Shown here: positions 23,870 through 36,831 of the stretch, in pieces
Position numbering within the stretch: the first letter of the stretch is position 1
How the letters are laid out: every line of letters starts with the position of its first letter
Source of the DNA: Gracilinanus agilis
Taxonomy: Eukaryota
Length of the DNA: 64,000 bases
Assembly (NCBI RefSeq): GCF_016433145.1
Contig: NC_058131.1
Coordinates: 534,065,642-534,129,641 of the forward strand
Direction: 5' to 3'
Notes under the pieces: generated by a model
Told to the model about the DNA's origin: nothing
Database searches by the model: none
The model's input: only the letters and a program-made list of their open reading frames with translations
Translations under genes and position numbers: made by a program

Positions 23870-24300
23870 TATTTCATCTGTACCATAGCAGAATGAACTA
23901 GTAGGCCAGTTTGGTTGGAATGGAGAATATGGAAAAGGAGGTGATATAATACTTGAAAGGTAGAGGGGAGTCAGGCTGTGTAAATAGCTTTAAATGTCAG
24001 TCTAAGTAGTTTGTATTTTATTCTTAAAACAAGCAATAGCCATAAAAAATTTATTAGTAAAGTGCGAAGGTCAGATGTGTATTTTTTTATATCAATTATA
24101 TCAATTTTGTGTGGAGGATGGATCCGAGAGAAGAGAGTCTAAGAAGCACTTGAGAGTCCAGGTTAGAAGTATTAGCGTTTCAATTAGGGTGCAGACTATA
24201 TTAGTAGAAAAGATGAGGACTGATCTGAGAGATGAGGCTTTCTCACTCATTGAATATGTGGAATGTGGGAGAAGGAAGAACAAAGGATGATTTCAAGAAC
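23870..24300 (-). mobile_element. L2 fragment
   Basis: Purine-rich antisense L2 motifs such as ggccagtttggttggaatggag. Confidence 0.6.
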
Positions 24301-25166
24301 TTGGGTCACGAAACGTGTATACTATATTGTACTTGGAACTAGATACTATCTTAAAAGGAAAAATCTTGTCTCCGTTTTCTCCAACATCACCAAAAGGTAT
24401 ATTATTTCAAAGGAGGATTAAATCCTACTCTATAAAATATGACATGTACAGGAGAGGTGGTAAAAATAAGCTTGAAAATGATTAAGATTGTGGCATATTG
24501 TCAGTGTGGTTATGAGTAAATGTCAATGTGGTTATGAATAAATGGAATTTGAGAACTTCTATAAACTCTATCAGGTTTTTCTATGACATCAACCTAAAAG
24601 AAATAATTGAGTGGGTGATATTATACAATTCTATTTCCAATTCTATCTCTAATATCCTGGCTTTTTAAATTCTCTTCCAGCTATAACACTATTTGAAGTT
24701 AAGTTTCAGGATCAGTTCTCTTCCCTTTCTCTGGACTTCAGTTTCCTCCCTTGTAACAGGAGAGAATTTATTTAAAACCCATTCCAGTTTTTAAAAATAT
24801 AATGATTCCAAGTCAAGGAAGCTTTTAGTAAAGGAGTAGGAACTGAGCTTATCCTTGAAGGAACAGTAGGATCAGAAGATTCAGAGAGAAGTGGGGAGAC
24901 TGTTTTCAGTAAGGGGAACAGTATAAGAAAATAGTCTTAGAAATTTAAATAAATTCAACAAACTCAGTTTACTATGGTAAGAAACCTGTAGACCTAGAAT
25001 CAGAAAATAGGGTTCATATACTATTTGTGCTATTTACTACTCATGTGATCTTAGGCAAGTCATTATTCCTCTGGGAGTTGGATTCTTCCTCTGAAAACTG
25101 GAGATGGACTATGGAATCTTTACATTCCTTTTTTAACTATAAATATTATGATCCTATGCTATAGGC

Positions 25167-25528
25167 CCATGATGGAAACCTATGGCACGTGTGCCAAAGA
25201 TGGCATACAGAGACCTCTATGTGGGCATATGTACTGTCACCCACCAGAGTTAGTTACTAGAAAGGCAGAAGGACTCCAGAAAGCTGCTCCCTTACCCTTA
25301 TCCACTGTACCTACCTGCCCCTTTGCCCAGCAGCCCAATGGAAGCACTTACTCTCTCCCCTGAGCAAAGCTCCTGGGCTACTCTCTCCCTTTCTCTCCGA
25401 TCTGTCTGGGCTAAGGGGATCAAGGGAGCACTCGAACTCAGGTGAGGGGGCAGGGCATGGTACCCAGTCTTGGGGTGTGGGGCATGGCAACTGGTGTCTA
25501 AAAGGTTCTAAAAGGTTTGCTGTCACTG
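25167..25528. mobile_element. ~360-bp hAT MITE (hAT1/OposCharlie-like ends)
   Basis: Left end CCATGATGGAAACCTATGGCACGTGTGCC and right end AGGTTTGCTGTCACTG form degenerate TIRs. 8-bp TSD CTATAGGC / CTGTAGAC (6 of 8 match). Confidence 0.85.
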
Positions 25529-26224
25529 CTGTAGACTTTGTAAGAAGCTTTGAAGAACTTTAAGGAGCTGTGTCCTTGATCTACTGTCCTCTTCCCTAGA
25601 GCCAGCCAAAAAGATGAATAATTTTCACCTCAACCACACTGGTAATAAAATTCAGGATTCTTTCAGAGTATGATCCTTTAGAATTCCTTTAATGAAAGCT
25701 ATATCCTAAGGAACAAAATGGAATTATAATCTAATTTAAATGATAGGGTTCCTGTATTATTTACTTATTGTCATATGATTCTATGGTGTTTGGAGAATGC
25801 TCTAAGTGTTAAGAGGGAAGAAGCACTGTGGTTTTTTGATAGTCATTCTTTACCTTCTTCATATTCAAAATGACTCAATTTATTTTGGAATGGGTCACAA
25901 ACTCTAGTAAGCTCCACCTTTTTGTGGATGAGAAGCCATAAACACAATGGAGACCAGCATAAGAATGAAGAGATTAGCCTCTGACTTCAGTTTGGATCAA
26001 AGAAGACTTCTTAGGAGCCTGAAAGAATTGAATCAATCAATTAATTAATTAAGCTAAGGAGAGGGGAAAAAAGATTCCCAGCATTCTCAGGAAAGCATCT
26101 TGTTGCAAAAAAAAAAAAAGACCAATTCTAGGATTGTAGGTAAACCCCTTTAGGTGAGGAAGTAGTCAAATAATTCATTTGATTGTTGTGGAGAAACAAC
26201 AAAAATTGATTTTTATATAAGGAG

Positions 26225-26480
26225 AATGAACATTTATTAAGTGCCTACTGTGGGCCAGTCACAGTACTAAGTGCTTTACAAATATCTCATCCTCATTTTT
26301 TCTCACGTCAGTCCTGTGAAATAGGTGCTATTATTTTGGAGCTGAGGAAACTGTGGCAGAAAGAGGTTGAATGATTTGTCCAGGTTCTCATAGCTAGAAA
26401 GTGTCTGAGGCTAAATTTGAAGTTAGATCTTCCTAACTCTAGGCCTAGGGTTCTATTCTCTGAACACCTAGCAGCCCTAG
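26225..26480 (-). mobile_element. MIR/MAR-type SINE
   Basis: catttattaagtgcctactgtg...gaggaaactgtggcagaaagaggttgaatgatttgtcc. Confidence 0.8.
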
Positions 26481-26539
26481 AGGAAAAATTAACTTAGGAT
26501 CATGGAGAAATATATGGCAGGACTGATACTTCATCTAAT

Positions 26540-27720
26540 CAATATGTTGAGGCACTTTATGTGGACAAAACAGTCCTAGATACTCAGGGAGGGTTCAAAA
26601 ATGCATAAGGAAGAGTCTGTCTACTTAAAGAGTTCACAATCTGGAAGAAGAGATAATGATAATGCTGGTATATGTGTGTGTATCTGTGTGTGTAGTTAGT
26701 TGATTATACATACTTTATTTTTAGGGAACAGAGAAGTCTTGAAAGGTTTTAAACAGTGGAGAGAATCAGTTTTATTTCAAGTAGATTGCTCTGAGATAGT
26801 ATACAATATTTATTGGAGTAGTGAGAAACTGGAACTGGAGAGACCAGTTAAAGGCTGTTACATAATTACGGGTAGATGTAATGAGGACTTGAACAGAATG
26901 GCTACAGTGGTTTATATAAAGAAGAGAATAAAAACAGAAAAAGGTATTGCAATGTATGAATTATCAAGATTTGGAAAATTATTAAGTATGGGAAGAGGGT
27001 GGGAAAGAGCTAGGAGTCAAACAAAATATTGAGCTTTTGAGGACAGATGACTAAAGGGGGGGGGCACCATTAATAGGCAAGTCAAGAATGGGAAATGGTT
27101 TTGCTAAGAAGATAAGTTTGGCATTACATATTGAGTTTAAGATGTTGTAATGGCATAAAAACTTGAGATGTCAAGCAGGTAGTTGGAAAATGAAACTCAA
27201 AGTGAGAGAAGATTATTATATCATAAGATATGGAACTAGAAAGGAACTTGGGTCTATTCTAACCTCCAAACTTTGCAAGCAACAGAACTGCACCCCAGGG
27301 AGATGAATCTTGGCCTAGATCACACAGGCACTAAATTGTTAGAGGTAGGATCAAGTTTGGAATTTTTTTAGGACCATTCATATAAATATTATGATGCAAG
27401 GTAAGAGAGTAGATGAGATTGTACAGGATGAGAATAAATGTGGAGAGAAAGGATTGGGGGCAGCATCTTTGGAATGTTTACATTTGGGAATAGGATGAGA
27501 AAGAAGACGCATCAAAGAAGGCAGAATATGGAATAGAAGACATTTAAGGAAAACTTATTTTGTATTGCACCATGGAAGCAAAGAATTAGGTAATCCCCCC
27601 AAAAGAAGTGGGTCATTAATAGTATCAGATATTGCCGGGACATCCAGAAGAACAAGGACTAAAAGGTTAGCTATGTCATTGAAGAAAGAGGGTTCAATGG
27701 AAATTTATCTTGTTAAAAAA
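26540..27720 (-). mobile_element. Degenerate L2 (with an embedded SINE fragment)
   Basis: Long A/G-rich tract with L2 motifs such as aactggagagaccagttaaaggctgtt and gtaatgaggacttgaac. Confidence 0.65.
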
Positions 27721-28034
27721 GCTAGACTGACCCACATTGATTAGGTGAGGAAGTCATGCATATTCAAATAGTTGATTAGATTTGATTGTACTGAAAAAAA
27801 AATAGGTTCATATTAAGGGGAAAAAGAATTTAAGATCCTGGAGAGAAAGGTGTTGATCATTCATTCAACAAATATTTATTAGTTAGAAACTCAATGGCTA
27901 TAGAAATCTCCTGTTCGCAAAAGTCAGATTGTAAGGAGCTATAGAATTAATAGGTAATGAAGAAATGTAAATAACTAGTATTGACTGTTCACTTCCTTGT
28001 AGAGAAGATAAGAGAAATATATTTAATGATAGAT

Positions 28035-29230
28035 AGCATGGTTAGGTAAGTTGGAAAAAGTTGACTGACCAGATTCTCAAAACTGATTAATTGATTAGTA
28101 TCAATAGTGAAGTCCCAAAGGGCTTAGTCCTCCGTCTGTTTTTGTTCAATATTTTTATCATAGACTTAGATAAAGATCTAAAGTGCTTGCCTATCTCATG
28201 TTCAGATGACACAGAACCAAGAGAGATAACTAACACATTTCATGACAAGATTAAGATTCAAAATGAAACTTGCTAGGCTAGAACAATGGGCTGAATTAAA
28301 AAAAAAAAAAACATGGAAACTTAAATGGAATAAATGTGAAGTCTTGTATTGGGTTTTTTTAAATCAACTACATAAATCCAGGTTGGGATGACAGAGCTGG
28401 AAAGTTTCAAGTAAAAAAAGCCAAAATTTTAATAAAGAGGCAGTTGTGTAGCAGATAAAAATCCAGTTTTGGGTCAGGAATATTGGTCTCCAAGTCTTGC
28501 CTCTGACACATAGAAGCCATGAGAACATAGGAAAGACATCCATCTTCTCGGTGCCCCACAGATGAGTGGCCAGTCTATATTGATGAGTGAGATTTCAACA
28601 CTGGGAGTTCCCCCAAAGTAATGAAATCATAGATCCAGATGTAAAAAAAATTTTTTTTTTAATTCTCACTATTAGTCAATATGAAGTAGTAGCCAAAACA
28701 GCTAGTGTCATCTTGGGCTGCACTAATAGGAATATAATATCCAGTATGAAGAAAATGTTTCCCTTTATTTTGATCTTGTCAGATCTGAGCATATAAGTGG
28801 GATTCACCTAGAATATTATGTACAGTTCTAGGCATTATGTTTTAGAAAAAAATGTGGAAAACCTAGAAAAGGTCTGGAACAAAGCAGTCAGACTGGCCCT
28901 GTAAACTGGAAGCTCTGCTGTGTGAGAATAGTTTAAAGGAATTGGAAATGTTTAACTAGAGAAGAAGAAATACAGGGGGCAGGGGCAGAATGAGAGCACT
29001 CTCTAATAAATGAAAAGTATTCATGTGGAGGAGTGCTAGGATCAATGGGCATGTATTATAGGAAGAAAGAATTTGGCTAAATATATAGGGGACTATCCAA
29101 ACTTTGAGAGTGTTCCAAAAATGAAATGGGTTGCCTGTGGAAATTCTAAGTCCCCTCTCACCAGAAACCTTTAAGTTGAGGTCAAAAGACTATTTTAGAT
29201 AAGAGTTGGGCTAATTAATTGACCTACAAA
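28035..29230 (+). mobile_element. L3/CR1 LINE remnant (RT C-terminal region and 3' end), interrupted by a SINE at about 28436-28650
   Basis: Frame 28091-28276 reads SEVPKGLVLRLFLFNIFIIDLDKD...SDDT, matching the CR1 motif SGVPQGSVLGPxLFNIFINDLD...FADDT. Confidence 0.88.
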
Positions 29231-29559
29231 GGGACTATCAGGTCTTAGCTTTTCTGATTCTAAGGCAGAGCACCCAAGTTTTTCCATAGAGAGTTGCATC
29301 AAAAAGCCATATTGTGAGGAGGCTACATGAATTTAATTGTAATTGAAGCCAAATTATGTAATTAGTTACATAATTATCAATTTTTTCAAGGCTACTAACA
29401 CAACATATAAGGCAATTAGTTATACAACGGTAGCAAGGCTTACATACTGCTAGACAACTACTTTATGTATGCTATTAGTTAACTAATTTTAAAACTTTTT
29501 CCCACTACAAATGTTAGTCAGGTGGTACTTCAGCTTCAGGTATGGTACAACTGGCTTTT

Positions 29560-30830
29560 AGATGAAATGTGGAGCACTTAGGATTCGCAGAAGTTTGTTG
29601 ATTAGGAAGAACAGGAAGATAGGATCATAAATCCAGGAGAGTGAGGAAAGGTTTGTTTGTTTGTTTTAAGATAGGTGTATCCCACCCATATATCAAGAGC
29701 AATTAGCAGTTAGATATTTGAACTGAAGGATAAACAAAAGAATCTGTTTCAGAGATAAAAGTGTAGGTCAGATCAGGTAAAGAAAATGATAGGCTAAAGT
29801 ATGGGAAGAAAATAAGAGGCAAATACTGATAATTTAGGAGATAATTGGGCAGATGGGCCACCTGCCAGGTAACAGAGGACAACTACTAAGAGTCCAAAGC
29901 ACAATTATTTGGGAGAAAGATAAAGCAGAGTTCTGGACTGAAGTAAAAGTTATGGAAGAAAATGGGGGTGGGGGTGGGGGGGAATGCAGTGCCTATCAAA
30001 GAAACAAATAGACATGCTGGATATTTCTATCCCAGAACTATCTTTTACACCATTTCCTCCACCCCTGCCAACACTCATATCTCTGACTTGGCAACACAAA
30101 ACTATAGGCTACTTGGACCATAGTGGAGACCTGCTCTTATTTGTCTATAAGGTGTAGGAGCTAATAGAGGAAGAGAAACTGAAAATGTAAGAAAGAGGAA
30201 ATGATCGATGAACCAAGTTCTTTAAGCAGGTATATTATGAACATGAGTAAAAACGTTAGCTTTGAAAAGGAAAAGGGATATTTCTTCCTCAAAAAACTGG
30301 TAAGGACAAAAGAAAATCTGGAGATAGGAAGCTGAAGCATCTTAATTCCTGTAAAGTAGGTCATCTGATGAGAAATTATAGAAGATGATAATAATGAATT
30401 TGGTAAAAAGGAAGATTAAGCCAGGTGCCCTTGAAGAAAATAGAAGAGGGCATAGGAGAATGTAGTAATAAGATTGCGGAGAGAAGGTTTATAAGAGACT
30501 GATATTAATTTCAGAATAGAACAGGTTGTTGAGTGGTGACTAAATAATCCTTTGGAAACAACGTTGAGAATCATGGAGTATGTCCACCCTTTCCCCTTAG
30601 CCCCTGAATTAGGGAGAGTGAAAGATGAAATGGAGAGGCTTTTGAGGGAAGGGGCATTGTAAAGGGAAAGCATGATTTTATTCAGCCTGGGATGTGGAAA
30701 AGGTAGGAGAATTCATTCACAAAAGAACAGGTATGTCCAGGGGCAAAGGTGGATGTTAACTGACATGGAGAGGTAACATGAAAGGAATAGAATGCCAAGA
30801 TGAATAAAATTAGGATTACAGTATTTGGCT
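29560..30830 (-). mobile_element. Degenerate L2-like LINE region
   Basis: Strong A/G strand bias and L2-like motifs. Boundaries uncertain. Confidence 0.5.
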
Positions 30831-31139
30831 GGATACCAGACAGCAAAAAGGAACCACCCACCTTTCTAGAATGTCAAAAAGAATCTGAAATAAAACCCCC
30901 TAAACTTTTCATTTCCTAGAAGCACTTAGGGAGAATATAGACAAGGCGAAGAGGAGAGAAGGCATGTGGATTGACTAATCAGTGTTGACTAAAATAAACC
31001 ACAAATGGAGTTCTTTATTTTGATCATGTTTAGGGTTTGTTTGATCTAGCTGCTTTTTCTTAGAGTTCAGTTCTACATATGCTTCAGCACCCCAACCAGC
31101 TTGCATACTTTCAAGGGTTTGTTTTTTCTTCTTTCCATT

Positions 31140-31345
31140 TAAAACACACACACACACAAATATATGCACACACACTATATCTGCATTGGCTATATATACC
31201 ATATATACATTATGTATGTGCATATATGTATATATGTACTATACGTTATGTGTTTTTAGAGAGAGAAAGAGAGATGGGGAGAGAGATGGCAAAGAGAGAG
31301 ACAGACAGAAGGACAGACATACAGAAAGAGACACACAGAGAGAAA
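31140..31345. repeat. Compound CA/TA/GA/GACA simple repeat
   Basis: Directly visible. Confidence 0.85.
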
Positions 31346-32429
31346 AGTTACGGTCACTAGGATGGGCCCTTTCCCTTACTTGCCAGACTTTGCTCTTAAC
31401 CCTTCTCAAAGACCCATGATTAATAGACACTTCAATGAACAAAATTGGCAACCCTGCTCTCTGTAGGACTTCATTCACAATTCACAACTATCAACAGGAA
31501 CAGGGAAATCAGTGGTCTTTGTGGTGACTTGTTTGCTCCTTGCTACAAGAGTAATGAATTCTGACCTTAGTCATCATCCCAAGCAGGAAGTCTCTACTGT
31601 ACTGGCATGTCATTGAGTGCTCCTAGGACTCTTTAGAACTGTAAATAATGGTAGGGCTCTCTGGATCTGGGGCATACCACATTTTACATTACTATTGTGT
31701 ATCTTAAAATAAACAGCATTGCAAGCTGTTTATTTTGGTGTTACTATGTATGCATTTTTTAAACAGTAGTTACTTAAACAAATGTCTCTGTTCCCACAGC
31801 ACTTTAAAGCCAGTGTTTGCTCATGTGGTTTTGGGTTTTGTCACTTCTGTTTTGATTATATCTGAAATTCACACTCGTGAATATAAGAAGAGATTGGAAT
31901 AAACCTCGCAGTACCTAAGCTCTGGCAATCTCAGTGCTCCTACCCTCCCTACATATCTAAAGTTTGATTTGATTCCTGTTATTTCATACTCTTCCCTTCC
32001 AACATAAATGCCCCCCAAACACCCATTCATTTCTTTCCATTTTAAAGGAATGAATCTTTCCTTAGAATGATTTTGAAGTAATTTCACTACAAATGCCTGG
32101 AATCTAGTGTATATGCATTCAAAGTTGCAATATGGCTTCATTGAATAAATGATGTTTGGATGGTTACATGGCAAAAATGTCATTCTTAACTGTTCATCTA
32201 CACTAGTCACTGAATATTATACAGTACTTCTTTTTGGGGAAGATTGAGAAATTGTTTTCCATATTTGAAATTAAAGTAATCTTAATTCAGAATCTGACCT
32301 GTGATGTACTATGTAATCTTGAGACATTGACTATGATTTGTTTACATATAGATGTAAAACACAGCCAATCCTAATGAACAGAATTATTTTTTTAATGTAT
32401 TGTGACTTATCTGTGTGGATGCCCAGTGG

Positions 32430-33175
32430 AATACCATTCTCTCTCCTTTACAATCCATCCTTCATACCACTGGCAGATCAATCTTCTTTAAACGTCAATC
32501 TCAAGCCTGCCATCTAGCCCTTTTGCCTTGAGTGAGTCACTTTCTTTCTCAAGCTGTTGGTTTTCTCATCTGAAAAGTAAAAGGATTAATTTCTAAGATG
32601 ATGTGTAGCACTGAGTCTCTTCTAGCTCTCTTATCTGGTTATGTCATTTCCCTGCTAAAAAGTTATGTGACTTCCAATTGCCTAACGAGTAAAGTTTCAA
32701 TTTCTTTGCTGGGCATTCAGGGCTGGCATCCCCAGACTTTCCATCCTTAACTCATATTTCTCCTTTCTGCATACTCTATACTCCAGGCAAAGTGGACTTT
32801 TTTCTTTTCCCGGTACTTTAACAGCCCTGTGCTTTTCCTTAGATTGTACCCTAAGCTTCAAATTTCCTTCTATCTTCATCCACTTAATTCCTAGATGTCC
32901 TTAAAAAGCCAGCGCTACTTTCTCCATGAAATCTTCCCTAACCACCCCCTTCTCAATCAGTAATAATCTTCCCCAACCTTGGACCTCATGCAACACATTG
33001 TTTTATACCTCTTTAATATGCCTAAGATGTGATCCTTATAGTCATCTGTTTGTAGTATTAGAATAAGCTTCACAAGAGTAGAGATGTCTTACATCTAAAC
33101 TCTGTATTGCCTCTATCATACAACACTGATCTCTGCCCACAATAGGTGCTTAATATACATTTGTTGAATTGAACT
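32430..33175 (+). mobile_element. L2 3' end interrupted by a MIR fragment (about 32490-32630)
   Basis: Ends ataggtgcttaatatacatttgttgaattgaa, the L2 terminus. The body is pyrimidine-rich. Confidence 0.8.
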
Positions 33176-36100
33176 GTAATTATGGACATTTCTTTACCAA
33201 TGTAGAGCAATGGCTTAGACCCACATCAGGGCAGAGGGTTCTGGAGGGTAGAGAATTATCATCCCATTACAAGCTGAGTTTGGGAACATGACGTCCAAAG
33301 TTTCCTTTCTCTCTAACTTTCCTTTGCATTAAGGTACGGAAGCAGTGGATTATTTGATATTTTTATTACTCATGCCACTGTTTTCCATGACAACAGACAA
33401 CTGAAGGCTGGATATAATCATCTTGTCACTGTAATATCTACATAAACATAAATTTCCCTTGGTATATCAAAGCACTCACGGATAATCTCTTGGTGTTTGT
33501 TCCAGGAAAAGTCAGTCATCTAGTCAGATAACAACCAAAAAAAAAATTGTTAAGCATTTCCAAAGAGAGGCAAAAACTGCCCTCAGGGAACTTACATTCT
33601 AATAGGAGAGTCTACATGCAAATAAATAGGTTTATACAACATTCAAGTGTAAATTCAAAGTAATTTTGGAAAATAAGAGTGGTGAAGGAGAAAGGAGAGC
33701 AAGAAAAGCCTACTGCAGAAGTTAGGACTGGAGTTGTGTAGAGGAAGCCAGGAAAACTAGGGGTCATTTGTTGTTCTTTGTGAATAAAATTAATAATTAA
33801 AGTTTATTTATTTGGTCCTTTGGGTTTTAACAGATTTCGGGTTTTTTAATGTATTTCACTACTTTCAATGCTGATTGGTTTTTAATAGTTTTTATAAGTC
33901 ATTTATACTCACACATTCGCTTATTTTAAGCTATCTTGTTCTCAAGAACCAAAAAAAGTCACAGATGCTTTGTTTCCAAAGTATAGATTATAAACTATTA
34001 TAAATCCATAGGATAAATGTAAAAAAGAGAGATAGTAAGCCAAGTTGTCAGACCAAAATTTAGGAGTTTTTTTGTTCTTCAAGAACTTATAAAAGGATGT
34101 GCTGTGAGTGGTGACAGCTCGGTACCTACCAGTTTCAAACATTTACCTGGTAATCTATTGAAATTAATTGTAGTTATATCACTATTTATGTCACCTTACA
34201 TGATGTTATGAATACGTGGGTCCCCCAATATGACACTATTCACTTTACAGCTGACTAGTTATATGATCTTGGAAGAGTCCTTAAAAATCCCAAGTCTCAT
34301 TTTTGTCCTTTGTAAAGTAAGGGAATTAACTAGATGATATTGTTACAATCCCTTTTAGTTTCTACAGTCTATGAATCTGTTCAGTAATTGCTATTCATTA
34401 AAGGCAAGATATTCTTTTCCTATGCTTTAAAAAATATTAAAGTTTTTGCAAAATTTTCCCTTTTGGTGCAAGAGGGAAAAAATTTCCAAATTTGTAATAC
34501 CCTGGCCAACACTCCACACTATACAACTGCTATTCTCTTGGTGTTACTAAGTACATACCAGTTAAAGAGGAAAGAGGTATGAGGTGAAAACAAATAAGTA
34601 CCTGGCGGGGAGTGGTGGTTCTGTCTGTCATTTTAACTCCAAAGGGTTTACAACACAATATACTAGATTTCTTCAACCCTTCTATCTTCAGCTAACCTTT
34701 TCACCTAATTTAGACACTCCAGTTTGTGGTATTCTCTCTGGCCCATTGCTTATTATGTTCCTAATAATCAGCCATAATAATGGCATGTTTTCTGTGTGTT
34801 TTTGCACTTTCTCCCCAATTCTTACACACCAAACCATCTCCCTGACTCTATTCTCTCTATTTCCCTGTCTTTTCCTTGTTTATCACTTTCTTTTTTTCTT
34901 TAACCTGTTAAGCATCAGTTGCTTTGTACAGTATAAAAAAATTGTACCATCATCCATTTATTTCCTCCTTCAGGAGTGTGTTAACTTCCTTTGGTCAGCA
35001 ATGAAAAGCTATGGAGGGAAGAAAGAGAATGCACTTATTTGCTCCAATAAGAGAGGGTGGCATAGTCACTCTGTTTGTTAAAAAGCAGCTAGCACAAATT
35101 AGAAATACTTCACAGCAGATGTATTTTGTGAAAGGATATGTTAAAAAATTAAACAGAGAATATTTTCCGGTTATAATTTTAGAAAAATATTGTGCAATGA
35201 GGCAAATTCACAATTCATTTAAAACCAACCTTTTTATAGCATGTATGTCTTCATAATGAAATTTTGACAATTCTGCAATTTGTTTAAATGTTTCATTGAG
35301 GGGGTGGAAAGCCATCTGCTAGTTATTTTGGGGGACACCGTTACATCAATAAAATTGCTCTTAAGTTGTACACAGATTTCATTTTACATGAATGTAGAAC
35401 TGTTCTAAGCCTGTGATGTGAGTTTAACAAAGGCAAGATTCCTATTATGTACATAATAATTGAGAGATTTTTTTTCCTTCTGTAAAATACAATTGCTATA
35501 TCCTTCATTGTACTTGTCTGTTTGTCCTGGCTCCTGGGTTTTAGCACTTTTTTTTTTCATTTTTTTCTTCCCTTGGCCTCCTTTGAGATACTAGGGGGAC
35601 ATCGTTGAGAAGTTGCTCTACCATTGATACAGTTGCTATTAATCAGTCTGCCATGTTGTGACGTAAATTCTAATAACATCCCATTGAGCTGCTCTTCTAT
35701 GCTGGAGGCTTACCAACAGCACTGGGCCTTTGATATTCAACTCACACCAGGATAAAGAAAATGTAGACTTAAAAAAAATAACTCCAAATGGAAAAAGAAC
35801 AAAAACTGGAGAAAACATGTTGAAAAAATAGATAGCTTTCAGTGGGCTGTATAGTTTGCCATGAGAGCAGCAAAGCTATAAATCTCTGCTGTGTTGTTTG
35901 AAAATTGAACACAAGGCTGCTAAATTTATCATTCATTCCTTGTTGTTTTATGTTTGTAGCTGACCCACTTGGCTAACTTTGGGTTTTGTGCCCTATCAAT
36001 AGAATTTTATTTTTGTCCAACACCAAATCAAAATTTATCTCCCACCCAATCAAAAAATAGTGTAAGATTTAGTCAGTTCTAGAGAAATGGGCAGGGAGGA

Positions 36101-36333
36101 GGAATGAAAGATCATTTGGAGTCACACGTGATATTTAAGCATCTGATTTCCTCATATTTTCTCTCTTTACACACACATACAGAGCCCTTTGGAATTAAGA
36201 GTCAGAGAGAATATTTGAAAAAGCCTAGCAGAAATAAGTTCACCCATATGTACAGCCAAGATTAAACCTGGAGCCTGATGGAAGTACAAAAAGCACCTTC
36301 TTTTGTTTGCACTTGTAGCCCATGTTGAACTGC

Positions 36334-36360
36334 AAAAAAAAAAAAAAAAAAAAAAAAAAA
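36334..36360 (+). repeat. A27 homopolymer
   Basis: Directly visible. Confidence 0.97.
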
Positions 36361-36699
36361 GGTGGAATGCAAGGCTGCTACAGATGTGACTAGTTATGAA
36401 TATTCATGAATGCCATTGCTCCTCCTTTCCTACCAGCATTCAAGCCTTTCTGATCTCTCTCTTCCATTGCTCTCCACTAGCCCCCCTCAATTCCCCCTCC
36501 ATTCTGAGCTAGGCTGCAGTTTTATTTCGGCAGCAACCTGGTATGATCCAGATATCAGTGGCCTTACGAGCATTTCTGTATATCAGGCTCAAGCTAAAGC
36601 TCTGCAGATGTAAATGTGTGTATGTTATATATGTAATATAGCATATCTAGTGTAAAACCAAAGGAAAAAGGGGAAAAATTGTAATTATCCACAGTTTTA

Positions 36700-36831
36700 N
36701 NNNNNNNNNNNNNNNNNNNNNNNNNNNNNNNNNNNNNNNNNNNNNNNNNNNNNNNNNNNNNNNNNNNNNNNNNNNNNNNNNNNNNNNNNNNNNNNNNNNN
36801 NNNNNNNNNNNNNNNNNNNNNNNNNNNNNNN
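36700..36831. other. N-run, 132 nt
   Basis: Directly visible. Confidence 0.99.

Noticed and set aside
24499-24542. Tandem duplication of a 22-bp unit (2 mismatches), each containing TGTCA
   Set aside because: Only two units, consistent with ordinary slippage. Not a CRISPR-like array, as there are no spacers.
28091-28276. 61-aa ORF with an RT-like motif
   Set aside because: It is a degenerate L3/CR1 fragment with substitutions in the conserved motifs and stops on either side.
29964-29982. G5-T-G5-T-G7 run as a G-quadruplex
   Set aside because: Only three G-runs, and it lies inside degenerate LINE sequence.
34584-35081. 165-aa ORF with a GTG start
   Set aside because: The F/L/S-rich composition follows from T-rich DNA. 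There is no recognisable domain and no ATG start context.
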